From IMG/VR virus record IMGVR_UViG_3300008108_000034, positions 15,320-79,319 of that record: a stretch of DNA of 64,000 bases. One strand, 5' to 3'. Shown piece by piece: positions 55,701 to 64,000 of this stretch (positions are counted from its first letter, which is position 1; each line of letters starts with the position of its first letter). The translations under genes were made by a program, and so were the position numbers. The notes beneath the pieces were generated by a model that worked only from the letters and a program-made list of their open reading frames with translations, ran no database searches and was not told the DNA's origin. The stretch is from a virus.

Positions 55701-57584
55701 GGCATTACCATACTCCCTTGTATAAACCTTCACTTCATTGTATGAAAGGAACGGATTGTTGAAGTTTGTTTCAGGACTATGAAAACTGAAGTAATCATTC
55801 TTGTATTCATAGAGTCCCCCACCATTGTTATCAGGTGATTCACCTTGGTTCAATGCAAGGGATGTCCTTAGGAAATAATCAGTCCTTAAATCATTGTACG
55901 GATAGTTCTGATATAGGACTTTTCTTCCATCAACATTGCTGTATTGGCGCATGTTGTTTATCAGTCCTTTGGCGAGAATCGTCCTGTTGCCTTCCCTTGT
56001 TCCGCGAAGGATCTCATATCCAATCACGTTTGGAATGGGGTTTCCATTATTGTCCACGGGATGCTTGATGTTGTTAAACCTGACACCCATCATATACATT
56101 TTGTCCCCTCCTTGATTATGTATGTGGGAAGCACAACTGTCAGGAAACTTATGATGACGTATGGGAAGACCACACAACTCACCCCATACTTCAGGTCTGT
56201 TTATGGGATATTTCTCAGTCGACTCCCAATATCCCATCAGTCCTTCCCTTTTGACAAGACCTCTGTCCTCAAGTACAATGTTCAGGTTTGTACCTGTGAC
56301 AGTCGCTGTGTTGTAAACCTGCCAATATTCGTTCTGATTTGGAAATATCACATCTGGATTACCCACTGACTCAAGAGCAACATCTGAAGGAAAAGACGCT
56401 CTTCCCGGTATGTGATAGCTTGCTGATTTGTCACCGTCATTGTATAGCCAACGTATGAAGAATGCATATTGCTCATCTCTCATGTATGATACGTTGACTC
56501 CTCCCTTGTAATAGTAATCAGAAGGATACTCGACTTCCTGCCAGTATGTTTCTATTTCATTTGCAAAAGGTTGGTAGTTGAAATCAAACTTGCTGTAAAT
56601 ACCCGATCTGAGAAGATAACTGTTGACACTGAACATCTTATCAGACTTCTCATATATGGGAACAACCAATTGTATAAGCGAGAGATTAACCGCAGGCAAT
56701 GCTTCAGAATAATTGTCTATCGTCACTGTTGTCTGTGAAGTGCTGTAGTTTCCTATCTTCCTTGCAACAGTCTGTGCGGCAACAGTACTTATGACAACAA
56801 GTTCGTATTCCTCAAAACGAGTGTCAATGAAACTTATGTTTATCTCAATCCCTCCAGCAACACCTATGTGATTCCACATGCTTAATATATTGCTTGGAGT
56901 GAAATAGTTGGTAACCCTTTGTCCGTTTATGGAATAAGCTATTGTCACCTGATAGGATCCGTTGAGAAGCTGTCCAGCTCCCTTTGCTTTCCTTATTTCA
57001 AAACACGCAGGATCTATCAGATAGTTCAATCTTGTCTGTTCACAATCCAGACAGTCGCTGAAGATCTTTATAGGACAATTCGGATTGGTGTTGTCCCAGG
57101 TGTATTGATAAGGTGGATTGTCAAGATTGATCACACGATCGGGATTCAGACCATCCGCAAAAAACACGGAGTATGTACAGTCAAAATTGTACTGTATGAA
57201 TCCGGTTATAAGATTCGTCTTGTCAAAACCCAGACAGGGATCCTGTATGACTTTCTTGTATCCGCATGTTGATTCCGTGAATATGCCGATTTCCGATAGT
57301 GTGTTGTTCGTGGAAAACACAACCCATTCATCAGAGGTTTTACGCACTATTCCTATGACGGTGTAACCCGCTTCAAAACAAAATTCATTTGACGGTTCGT
57401 TACCTATTGTTCCAGCATCACCTTTGTGTGAGTTTGTCACAGCGTTGATGGCATTGATCCATACTCCATCTGGCACATACGAATCATTATAGTCCTTTAT
57501 CAGACCTTTGGTGTACGTGATGCTTTTCGCCGAATTCATATCGGTCGTCGAAGCCGATGATGAGGAGTTGGTGGTTTTAGCCAT
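52743..57584 (-). CDS. tail stabilisation/muzzle protein (P22 gp10-like, crAss-like)
   Basis: 1613-aa beta-rich protein. GLIKD...NA.N...G.IGNE N-terminus, YMRDE.YAF, WTVSY...WISFHDW.P; lies next to the ring-protein genes. Confidence 0.75.
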   Translation of the reverse strand: MAKTTNSSSSASTTDMNSAKSITYTKGLIKDYNDSYVPDGVWINAINAVTNSHKGDAGTIGNEPSNEFCFEAGYTVIGIVRKTSDEWVVFSTNNTLSEIGIFTESTCGYKKVIQDPCLGFDKTNLITGFIQYNFDCTYSVFFADGLNPDRVINLDNPPYQYTWDNTNPNCPIKIFSDCLDCEQTRLNYLIDPACFEIRKAKGAGQLLNGSYQVTIAYSINGQRVTNYFTPSNILSMWNHIGVAGGIEINISFIDTRFEEYELVVISTVAAQTVARKIGNYSTSQTTVTIDNYSEALPAVNLSLIQLVVPIYEKSDKMFSVNSYLLRSGIYSKFDFNYQPFANEIETYWQEVEYPSDYYYKGGVNVSYMRDEQYAFFIRWLYNDGDKSASYHIPGRASFPSDVALESVGNPDVIFPNQNEYWQVYNTATVTGTNLNIVLEDRGLVKREGLMGYWESTEKYPINRPEVWGELCGLPIRHHKFPDSCASHIHNQGGDKMYMMGVRFNNIKHPVDNNGNPIPNVIGYEILRGTREGNRTILAKGLINNMRQYSNVDGRKVLYQNYPYNDLRTDYFLRTSLALNQGESPDNNGGGLYEYKNDYFSFHSPETNFNNPFLSYNEVKVYTREYGNATGKFEYPYGHPKHKLITNASYLIALTVGTAIAVRNALGGRGTITKAADDVTQAISATAAATVFGPGLPPINPNAAAGLLAGLGNMPLGITNGVSGGALFGLSSGIFGGSTLGFQFPQITNAGGELSGLDFRTLIPGYQTKVGQVIADVAMYALLFATIDYYAGKGTAEALRIIYALIPYKQYALQFNSHGFYSKYKTVCPSSNLGFIRRKHDKSVYIRGQVQSFDSNFIINNYYRNDYVALKIFGTFPEVSLGDSSIEDKTRKRVRDESSTISFNDPVNKNITSTTSAYYAGLKIDLENQYGQLESIVQVPVNTCYLVTSPKIKDKTYNSGTMFGGDIYINRYTEKNPFFFYNNWLFDSPDGTQFDYKQYANILYPRYWANFDEIDASDIKTPLSWNALTGGSFTDWINAASSYHHLDRKVGSTNSFQITSAWFYLFYNGIRDFFVESEVNLAFRDYGDLNSQRHYDYTDYTDTSAMFRSDIIKSGNYYRYDYSLSVSRLLSNYKSFGFILPRTYDPNVAETCYTYYQNKVYYSLPQISEQSRDSWRIYLPNNYKEFEHTVSAFKPINRTGGLILFEDGEPTSFTGVDQLQTSAGTKITIGDGGLFNQPFQSLVNADDEYEYASCQDTRSVVNTPYGTFWLSRNSGKVLQYSGGTIVDIAMNGMRYWFAEHLPNVLTTQFPEFPHTENTVLGIGCLAVYDTQYEIVYFTKRDFKVKSSTVKYNKDLDYFYVNKQAGELRIELGDPEYFEDCSWTVSYDPKTKMWISFHDWHPNHVLGTNDHFYSVQDKGFWKHNNVCNSFCNYYGVNHPFEVEVPVNTGIGITTIKSVEYYLEVLNYSQDCIDPYHVLNANFDYAMIYNTEQNSGLLKLNLKPFSPVEMLNYPKVTPLGIEIMFAKEENKYRFNQFWDATKDRGEFSGIEYRMFNTEQNGYRKILNPTYIDYNKSPLQRKKFRHYGNRLILGKTVSDNLKYNLKVSAVKETTSPR

Positions 57585-57590
57585 AACCTA

Positions 57591-58643
57591 TCAGTAATGA
57601 AACGGATATGAAGGATAAGGACCGCGTGCGGTCTTGAGTCCACCATACCACGCATAGCTGTTGAACATGTTGTAATACTTGGCATACATCGCCTTGCGGT
57701 TCTTCTCCCACATGCGTTTCATCTCACCATAGTCCGGAGTGTTGATGAAGCTCAATGCATTGGTTCTTGCAATCATCATCTTGGATTGTATGAGTTGCAG
57801 TTTCTGTGCGGCAAGAGGTTCACCGTTCATGAAAAGGTTTTCAAGGATACGTTCCTTCAAGGCGTATTCGTAATACTCATTCACCAGGGGATGATCAAGG
57901 ACAAGCAGGTTGCCTTCGTCATCCTCCATCAGTGATTCATAGTTTATGTAAACACGACCTTCCTTGAAGTTGATGGTGTGGATGAAACCATCCTTGATCT
58001 TCATACGGTAATTGTATGAACCCACGTTTGCAAGGTTGCATTCTGGTTCCCCGTAGTTGTACGGTATGATTTCGATTGGAACCGGTCTTGGAAACTCTCT
58101 TATGAGTCCGGGTCTATTTTCAACAATTTTGCAACCATCAGGGCAATTATCAAGACTGATGCTGCAGTTAGCAACAACATTTGCCGCGGCAATGATAGTA
58201 ATCCGTGCAGCATTCCAGACTTCGAATACTTTGACTTTGACTTGGTTTTCATTGAGGATGACATATTCAAAGTTAACATAATCTTTCTCAGAGTTCTGAA
58301 CCTTGAGAACAACATTTGTGGAACCCAGATTATGGGTAACTATGTTCCATCCCAGACCAAGATCAGCAACCTGAATCAATGGACGCGTTTCATTTGCAAC
58401 ACCACAAAGCATTCCAAAGTTCATTACATAAAAGTCCGCGGGAAGTTTGCCTTTTCCATTGTGAACCTCTATGATCTTTCCCCTACTGGGATTGATTTTG
58501 AGTCCAAGTTCGTAATTGACCTTGATTGCGATTTTGAGCAGTTCCTGCGGATTGAGGAAGTTATCCTGGTCAAATGTGTACAGATCACTCCGTACTGAGT
58601 TCATCAGGTCATCAAATGTCCTGTATTGGAGTTCTGTCTTCAT
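57591..58643 (-). CDS. tail ring/tubular (adaptor) protein
   Basis: 350 aa. KLP.DF, Y.IKDGFI..NF.EG.VYINY...D.EG.L.V.D pattern; tail-module position. Confidence 0.65.
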   Translation of the reverse strand: MKTELQYRTFDDLMNSVRSDLYTFDQDNFLNPQELLKIAIKVNYELGLKINPSRGKIIEVHNGKGKLPADFYVMNFGMLCGVANETRPLIQVADLGLGWNIVTHNLGSTNVVLKVQNSEKDYVNFEYVILNENQVKVKVFEVWNAARITIIAAANVVANCSISLDNCPDGCKIVENRPGLIREFPRPVPIEIIPYNYGEPECNLANVGSYNYRMKIKDGFIHTINFKEGRVYINYESLMEDDEGNLLVLDHPLVNEYYEYALKERILENLFMNGEPLAAQKLQLIQSKMMIARTNALSFINTPDYGEMKRMWEKNRKAMYAKYYNMFNSYAWYGGLKTARGPYPSYPFHY

Positions 58644-59314
58644 TTGGTGTTGCTTACAAAGTCTTGTTTGACATCACCTGGTATGCTGATACTTGTAGCC
58701 AGGTCTTTCATTACATTCTGCTCCATCTCCCCATACAGGTACATGGGAACAGAGAAAGGTTCATCCTGTATGTAAATGCAATCGTGTTCCGTATCGCAGT
58801 TGTAATTACCTATGCCTGATCTGAACAAACCTTCAACTCTAATCGCAGGCCAATCCACACTGGGAACATAGATGTAATCATTCACTATGTAATAGTAGGG
58901 AGTCTTGTTGTACTTGAAAGTCTTCTGACGTACCATCGCTTGATAAGTGGACGGATACGTCATGGTCAATGGAGTTGTGCCATCGATGCTGGTTATGGAC
59001 CTGATGATTGGACCATAGCTTCCATCGTATGTTGGAGGAATCTTGTATTGACTGCGCTTTATGGTACAACCAGAGGTTATGCAGAAACATCCAACATCCG
59101 CCTTGTCCACATCAATCATTGGAAAGTAATCCAATGTATGGAAGATATTGTTGTACTTACGTAGGATTCCCTTATCGTCTTCACGTTTAATAAGCCATGA
59201 TATGTGTTTGAGAATCAAGGAATAAATATAACGATCGGTGACAAATGCATCCACTGTCACCGATTTGATTTGATTCCTTATCCTACTTATGGCTTCCGAT
59301 ACCTTTGTTACCAT
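58640..59314 (-). CDS. tail ring/tubular protein
   Basis: 224 aa. IKRS..KIP, YYIVNDYIYV..., F.VP...E pattern; tail-module position. Confidence 0.6.
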   Translation of the reverse strand: MVTKVSEAISRIRNQIKSVTVDAFVTDRYIYSLILKHISWLIKREDDKGILRKYNNIFHTLDYFPMIDVDKADVGCFCITSGCTIKRSQYKIPPTYDGSYGPIIRSITSIDGTTPLTMTYPSTYQAMVRQKTFKYNKTPYYYIVNDYIYVPSVDWPAIRVEGLFRSGIGNYNCDTEHDCIYIQDEPFSVPMYLYGEMEQNVMKDLATSISIPGDVKQDFVSNTK

Positions 59315-59316
59315 GG

Positions 59317-59856
59317 TCAGCAGTTTTGTTTAAAGTAAAATTCCGCCTCTTCCTTGCGTCGTTTGATCAGTCCGTTCATTGTTTTTCCACCAGCTCTGAC
59401 CCACTTGGTAAACTCACCTGCAATTTCAGGATCTTCAGGATCAGCATTGACCTTCCGAAGAAGCGTACTCCTCCGGAAAGCGCCAATGCCTACATTATAT
59501 GTAAAGGACACAAGCGCACCAAACTGACAATCAGTAAGTTGCACACGTATCTCGTCTGTCACTTTTTTTGCAAAGTCATCTACAACATTTCTCAAAAGCT
59601 TTTCAGCTTGCGAGTGTGTGATTGTATCCCCTTTCCTTACTTTGGATCCATCTTCGTAAAAAGTGTTTCCATATCCAATTGTCCAAACTCCAGCAACATC
59701 AATGTATGCATCAGCTTTGAAACCTTCATATTTTTTTATGAGTTCTATCGTATCATGAGACACATTATAACCCATTCCAAAATTACGAGTGTTCTCTTGC
59801 ACTTGCTTGATTCCACTAATCAGACTTTTTAAGAATTTCAACATTGCCTTAAACAT
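59317..59856 (-). CDS. GH24 (T4/phage-type) lysozyme
   Basis: IKKYEG....AY.D.AGVWTIGYG, QFGALVSFTYNVG, GL.KRR..E. Confidence 0.92.
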   Translation of the reverse strand: MFKAMLKFLKSLISGIKQVQENTRNFGMGYNVSHDTIELIKKYEGFKADAYIDVAGVWTIGYGNTFYEDGSKVRKGDTITHSQAEKLLRNVVDDFAKKVTDEIRVQLTDCQFGALVSFTYNVGIGAFRRSTLLRKVNADPEDPEIAGEFTKWVRAGGKTMNGLIKRRKEEAEFYFKQNC

Positions 59857-60438
59857 TTAATCAAGCTCTAATGGGTTATAGTCAATTAGTATTTCTTTGG
59901 CTTCTTCACTCATGCGGACTTCATGCATGTATTTCCTGTACAATTTTGAAACTTTCAATGTATGATCAACCTGGATGTATTTCTTCCAGTTTTCAGGATA
60001 TGTTTTTCCAACATTTCCAGTGAAATCCCTACATGCTTTGAACCCCCAGATTTCATGAAACTTGAACTTGTACTTGGTTCCGTAATTGGTATAGAATATC
60101 TTGGCCAGGTAATTATCGCTTTCCCAGTTACGGTGCTGTATCACCTTGCGAAAATTTTCAGTGGTTTTAAAGTCAACATTCTTACGAACTTTGGGTTGAC
60201 AGGTACCCAGGAACAAGTGACCCAGCTGATCCGGAAGTTCGATTCCATCCCTGAAATCTATCACTGTATTCGCTATGGCTTTGTTTGCCGCCACTATTAT
60301 TTGCTTTATTTTTCCAGTATCCTTTACAAGACAGTCATGACGTTTTGCAATCTTTTGAAGTATCTCAGGAGATAATGAATTGAACCTGGGAGCTTTAAAC
60401 CTCGGACCTTTTCTATTAACCTTTATCGCATCTTTCAT
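59857..60438 (-). CDS. IHF/HU-like DNA-binding protein (crAss-like)
   Basis: Basic 193-aa protein with a helix-helix then IELP..LG.LFL pattern; position next to tail genes. Confidence 0.55.
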   Translation of the reverse strand: MKDAIKVNRKGPRFKAPRFNSLSPEILQKIAKRHDCLVKDTGKIKQIIVAANKAIANTVIDFRDGIELPDQLGHLFLGTCQPKVRKNVDFKTTENFRKVIQHRNWESDNYLAKIFYTNYGTKYKFKFHEIWGFKACRDFTGNVGKTYPENWKKYIQVDHTLKVSKLYRKYMHEVRMSEEAKEILIDYNPLELD

Positions 60439-60453
60439 AACTGTCTCTAATAT

Positions 60454-60467
60454 AATATACTAATTTT
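60454..60467 (-). promoter_or_regulatory. putative phage late-promoter motif AAAATTAGTATATT
   Basis: Identical to 46355-46368; lies between a hairpin and the ATG at 60438. Confidence 0.55.
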
Positions 60468-60476
60468 TTTCGGTTT

Positions 60477-60516
60477 AGTGAAGTCCCCCTGCCATCACAC
60501 AGGGGGAATCTTCACC
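60477..60516 (-). terminator. stem-loop (probable terminator or processing site)
   Basis: TCCCCCTG/CAGGGGGA core stem (60484-60491 and 60500-60507), extended by GTGAAG/CTTCAC. Confidence 0.6.
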
Positions 60517-60548
60517 TTCTTCAGGGGTACCAACCAACCTGATGTTTA

Positions 60549-61661
60549 TTAACATGGACCAACTAAGAAATTGGTAACTCCTTGATTTGTAATATAATCG
60601 GGAAATGGAGAATCAAATAGTGTATCACAACCACTGAGTAAAGTCAGATTTGTTTCAACGGCCACTCCTATTGTAACAGTTCCTGTAAACACAGGTGCTA
60701 CAGTTGAACCTGGAGGATATACAATGGGAGATCCACTTGGAGGTTGTATGACGCTTGAACCAATGGTTCCTGTTGGAGTACATCTTCCTGCAATCGGAGG
60801 ATATACAGAACAGATGTAAAACGGGGAGACTGGTGTTGAACCTCTTATCCAACGATCTGTCTGAGTTTGACAGTCTTTATATCTTACAACCCAATTAGTA
60901 CCTGTGTATATCCTGTATTGTTTACAGTCAGGGAAGGTAATTGGCGTTTCCCTAGGACAGTTATAATAGACAGGTCCAGATGGTGTTGCGATTTCAATAT
61001 TGGACATTATCACATAATCCTCGTTTTGTTGAAAAGGAGCCTGTCCATTTGACTGATTTATCAGTGGTGCGGATCCTCCTTGTACAAGTAAAGGATATAC
61101 GGTTGCTCCTGGATTCGATCCAGGAGCAAGATATGCAAGGATGTCTCCTTGCTCCAATTCGATTGTACCAAGCAATTCATATGAAGCAGGACCGTTTGGG
61201 AAATTCGGATTAATCCAGTATATGTCAAAATAGTACTTCGTTATACCAACACCCAACGGATTCAATGGATTTCCAGGACCTGAAAGATCATAGATGTTTA
61301 TGGTCATGTCATTTGCACTCTGTGGATACAGATCAACCACAAGTGAAAATGGATTGCATGCCTCTACATATATATCCTGACTTGCAGGTGATTCTACCAC
61401 GGTTCCATCTGAACATGTCTGTTCGATCTTGAACTCATATGCAGTGTTCGGTAGAAAGTCTGGAGAGACACCTTGTACGTTTGGTAGTGTTTGAATACAT
61501 GGTGTACCCACGCAAGTGCTTGTGTCTATCGGAAAAACTCCCAGCGTGGTGTTATAAATCCATGCTGAAGTAGAACCACTTCCCCTGGTGTATCTGTAAT
61601 ACAGCTTGCCAGATTGTGCGAGAAGACTGCACTCATATGTTATGTCGAATACAATAGCCAT
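60549..61661 (-). CDS. FN3/Ig-like domain virion surface protein
   Basis: YYRY...W...LPNTAYEFKIEQTC FN3-like N-terminus; Cys/Pro-rich. Confidence 0.6.
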   Translation of the reverse strand: MAIVFDITYECSLLAQSGKLYYRYTRGSGSTSAWIYNTTLGVFPIDTSTCVGTPCIQTLPNVQGVSPDFLPNTAYEFKIEQTCSDGTVVESPASQDIYVEACNPFSLVVDLYPQSANDMTINIYDLSGPGNPLNPLGVGITKYYFDIYWINPNFPNGPASYELLGTIELEQGDILAYLAPGSNPGATVYPLLVQGGSAPLINQSNGQAPFQQNEDYVIMSNIEIATPSGPVYYNCPRETPITFPDCKQYRIYTGTNWVVRYKDCQTQTDRWIRGSTPVSPFYICSVYPPIAGRCTPTGTIGSSVIQPPSGSPIVYPPGSTVAPVFTGTVTIGVAVETNLTLLSGCDTLFDSPFPDYITNQGVTNFLVGPC

Positions 61662-63454
61662 TAGAAACTGATTGTTATGGTGTTAATGAATGGATGAGCA
61701 GGATTGATTGAATTGGTGAAATAGAAATTGAGAATATCACCTGAAGTGAATTCAACAGAATCACACTTGAGTGCAAATGATGTCACACTGTTTAGTGTAT
61801 TGAATACAGGATACGTACCAAGTGAGAGATCCGAATAACCAGGAATGTCATAGACAGTGGCTGTTGTGACATTTTCAACCTGATACAGCGGATTCACCAT
61901 GCTGAACATGTTGAATTCAACAACATCATTCGGATTAAAGGTCAGTGTGGATCCACCTATCAAGTAAAACCATGTGGTATCACCGTAGACTTTGTATTGT
62001 CCAACGCTTGAACCATATATCGTTGGAGCGTTTATATCCTCACCTACAATGAATGGAACCGAATCCACGGTTGTATTGAGAAGATCACATGCGTCAGCAG
62101 TATATGTGACAGGTCCTCCTATTACGGAAGGTCCGTCGATTATTATCTGCGCACCTGTGAATATCGGATCAGGTAAACCAAACAGGATGTAATTGTTTCC
62201 AGAATCAATAACCCTTGCTGAAGGATATCCCAAAGTTGTCAATTGGTTAGCCAACAACTGTATGAATTGAAGAACCGTGAATCCGGTAAGATTCAAGTTT
62301 ACAGCATTGATCAGTGTGCCTGGAGCAGGATTCAATGACTGGACAAGCAACGACATTCCGGAACTGAACTCAGCTTGTGTTATTGGAATCGCAATTGGCG
62401 CATGTCTGTAATACGATATTTCCGAGGTCGATGCAGGAACAGTTGAAGGAGTGGGAGGATTCATGTTGTACAAGGGAAATGTATTACCCAGGGAATCTTC
62501 AACGGTGTATGAGAAGTTGTAACCGCTCAAAGCAGTCTGGTTTGTACCATCAATGATGCTTTGAGTAATCTTGCCGCTTGTTGTATTGTAATTGAACACC
62601 CCGCTCAATCTGGCACTGTCGTTTGAGATAGGTAAGACAGTTACTCCGAGAGTACCGACCGCATTGCTTGTACACAGTGTGTTTGTCAGAAGAGTACTGG
62701 AATTAGGATTTGGAAAAGTGAAAGGAGGAGCGGCAGCTATCGCCAGTCCTGTAAGAGCATTGAATCTGTAATCATGATAATATTCCAAAAGAATGGGAAG
62801 TCCCAATGTTCCTGATCCCACAGGACAGAGTGAACTCAATACTTGTGGATTTGTAAGCATAGGTCTTAGTCCATAGTATCCTGTACTTGACACCTTGTTG
62901 GAAGGAACACTGGTGTCAAAAATCGGATATTCATATCCACAAGATAATTGAGTGCCGCTTGCAAAACACAATGGACAAAACCTGTCAAGTCTTATTCCAC
63001 GACCAATTGGGAATTTTATGTCCACACATGGTGAGACAAGAATTCCACAATCTCCAATGCCATTGTAGTCCACACTTGTAATGTCGTACAACGATAGCTC
63101 AGTGAATTCAACATTGTTTGAACCAGGATATTGCACACTGTAAAACAACGTAGGATAATTATTTACAGGAGGACCTTGGTAATATGTGATTTCAGGACAA
63201 CCTACGATTTGAATTTGCAATTCCCGAACAAGGTTGGTAGGTATCTGATCGCATATCTTTTCCACCGCAACCCTGTAAATACTGTTATCATCCAATCCAG
63301 TGATGGTGTAACTGGTAGCAGTACTTGGAAGCGGTGTGGGATTTGCCAATGTCCAACTGTTCAGATTCAATGAATCCGCAAGCTTGTAAAGGATATTGTA
63401 TGAATCCGTTGGTGAAGGAATCGGGTCAGGCGCCCAGGTTACAAATACATTCAT
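61661..63454 (-). CDS. FN3 domain virion surface protein
   Basis: VTW...YNILYK...W...SYTITGLDDNSIYRVAV, a canonical FN3 pattern. Confidence 0.7.
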   Translation of the reverse strand: MNVFVTWAPDPIPSPTDSYNILYKLADSLNLNSWTLANPTPLPSTATSYTITGLDDNSIYRVAVEKICDQIPTNLVRELQIQIVGCPEITYYQGPPVNNYPTLFYSVQYPGSNNVEFTELSLYDITSVDYNGIGDCGILVSPCVDIKFPIGRGIRLDRFCPLCFASGTQLSCGYEYPIFDTSVPSNKVSSTGYYGLRPMLTNPQVLSSLCPVGSGTLGLPILLEYYHDYRFNALTGLAIAAAPPFTFPNPNSSTLLTNTLCTSNAVGTLGVTVLPISNDSARLSGVFNYNTTSGKITQSIIDGTNQTALSGYNFSYTVEDSLGNTFPLYNMNPPTPSTVPASTSEISYYRHAPIAIPITQAEFSSGMSLLVQSLNPAPGTLINAVNLNLTGFTVLQFIQLLANQLTTLGYPSARVIDSGNNYILFGLPDPIFTGAQIIIDGPSVIGGPVTYTADACDLLNTTVDSVPFIVGEDINAPTIYGSSVGQYKVYGDTTWFYLIGGSTLTFNPNDVVEFNMFSMVNPLYQVENVTTATVYDIPGYSDLSLGTYPVFNTLNSVTSFALKCDSVEFTSGDILNFYFTNSINPAHPFINTITISF

Positions 63455-63464
63455 GTTTCAGTTG

Positions 63465-63998
63465 TTATTGACAAGTTCCCAAAAATATTGATCTTGTGCC
63501 AGTTTTGAACTGTACTGGCTCACTATAATGCCATCTTAATTTCTTTTCAAGCGTATCTCTCTCAAGATAGGAAAGCAATATACGGTATTCTTTTCCAGGC
63601 CACATGGAGCAACCTGATCCTAACAGGTAGTAATAAGCATTGCTGTATGTCAGGTTACCAGCACAGGATGTGTTATACCCACCATCAATAGGAGCTGTTG
63701 CTACATAATAAGCACCCGCTGCCGTACAACTATCCACAGGACTGAACTTTGGTTGTGGAGGCCAACGAAGGATCACATATCCACAAGTAGTCGTGTCAAC
63801 TGTAATACCCCAGGTTTCCGCAGGTGCTGTCTCATTGGTGTATCCTTGAGTCCAAGCACATGGATTGTAGTTGGGAGAGTTTGGATTGTTACCACCTCCA
63901 CCATTACCATTGCCATTACCGTTTCCTCCACGGCGTTCTTCAGATGGTTGGTTTTTTGCAACAATGATGTTTTTCTTCTCCACTGTTGTATCATTGGG
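63465..63998 (-). CDS. hypothetical protein with Gly/Asn linker and FN3-like domain; 5' end probably outside the window
   Basis: Frame stays open to the window end (PNDTTVEKKN...); GNGNGNGGGG linker; LRW...PGKEYRI pattern. Confidence 0.55.
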   Translation of the reverse strand, partial: PNDTTVEKKNIIVAKNQPSEERRGGNGNGNGNGGGGNNPNSPNYNPCAWTQGYTNETAPAETWGITVDTTTCGYVILRWPPQPKFSPVDSCTAAGAYYVATAPIDGGYNTSCAGNLTYSNAYYYLLGSGCSMWPGKEYRILLSYLERDTLEKKLRWHYSEPVQFKTGTRSIFLGTCQ

Positions 63999-64000
63999 AC

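Noticed and set aside
15900-60400. Many + strand ORFs in the track (e.g. 21203-22123, 32330-33334, 25487-26083, 59305-59832), plus 9908-10585
   Set aside because: They are antisense shadows of long - strand genes, with atypical composition and no motifs.
1-64000. Stop-codon reassignment (TAG/TGA), known in some crAss-like phages
   Set aside because: Genes up to 11.6 kb are uninterrupted in the standard code, and TGA, TAA and TAG all appear as stops of plausible, tightly packed genes.

Overview
A 64-kb internal segment of a large dsDNA tailed phage with crAss-like (Crassvirales/phi14:2-type) gene content and organisation, read in the standard genetic code. The host is most plausibly a Bacteroidota, inferred from A-rich non-SD start contexts and a TAnnTTTG promoter element. 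Bases 1-6071 (+) are a replication module: primase (5'-truncated), RusA-like resolvase, PD-(D/E)XK exonuclease, family B DNA polymerase and two MazG-superfamily proteins. Bases 6133-64000 are almost all on the - strand and carry: beta-helix tail spikes; a lysis cassette (candidate u-spanin and holin); about 10 tiny Lys/Arg-rich genes; very large putative ejected-cargo proteins, including a 3860-aa virion RNA polymerase (DFDID) fused to a zincin and a 2271-aa protein with a nuclease domain; tail muzzle/ring proteins; a GH24 lysozyme; an IHF/HU-like protein; and FN3 proteins. A 3-gene + strand island lies at 10.6-11.9 kb. The most striking unexplained structure is at 42-53 kb. Three adjacent cargo-like genes are built from AT-richer payload domains (permuted papain-like peptidase with PG-binding domain, Ser/Thr-kinase-like domain, CHAP/NlpC-like plus SLT-like domains). 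These payloads are bracketed by a recurring '(K/R/A)xGG ... LxKxQ' peptide grammar that also occurs in the tiny basic proteins, suggesting a swappable, possibly proteolytically processed, virion-delivered effector system. Other observations: an unlisted 59-aa ORF overprinted inside the 1656-aa gene, a promoter-to-UUCG-hairpin small RNA candidate, and a repeated late-promoter-like motif. All functional calls rest on motif recognition by eye; no searches were run.
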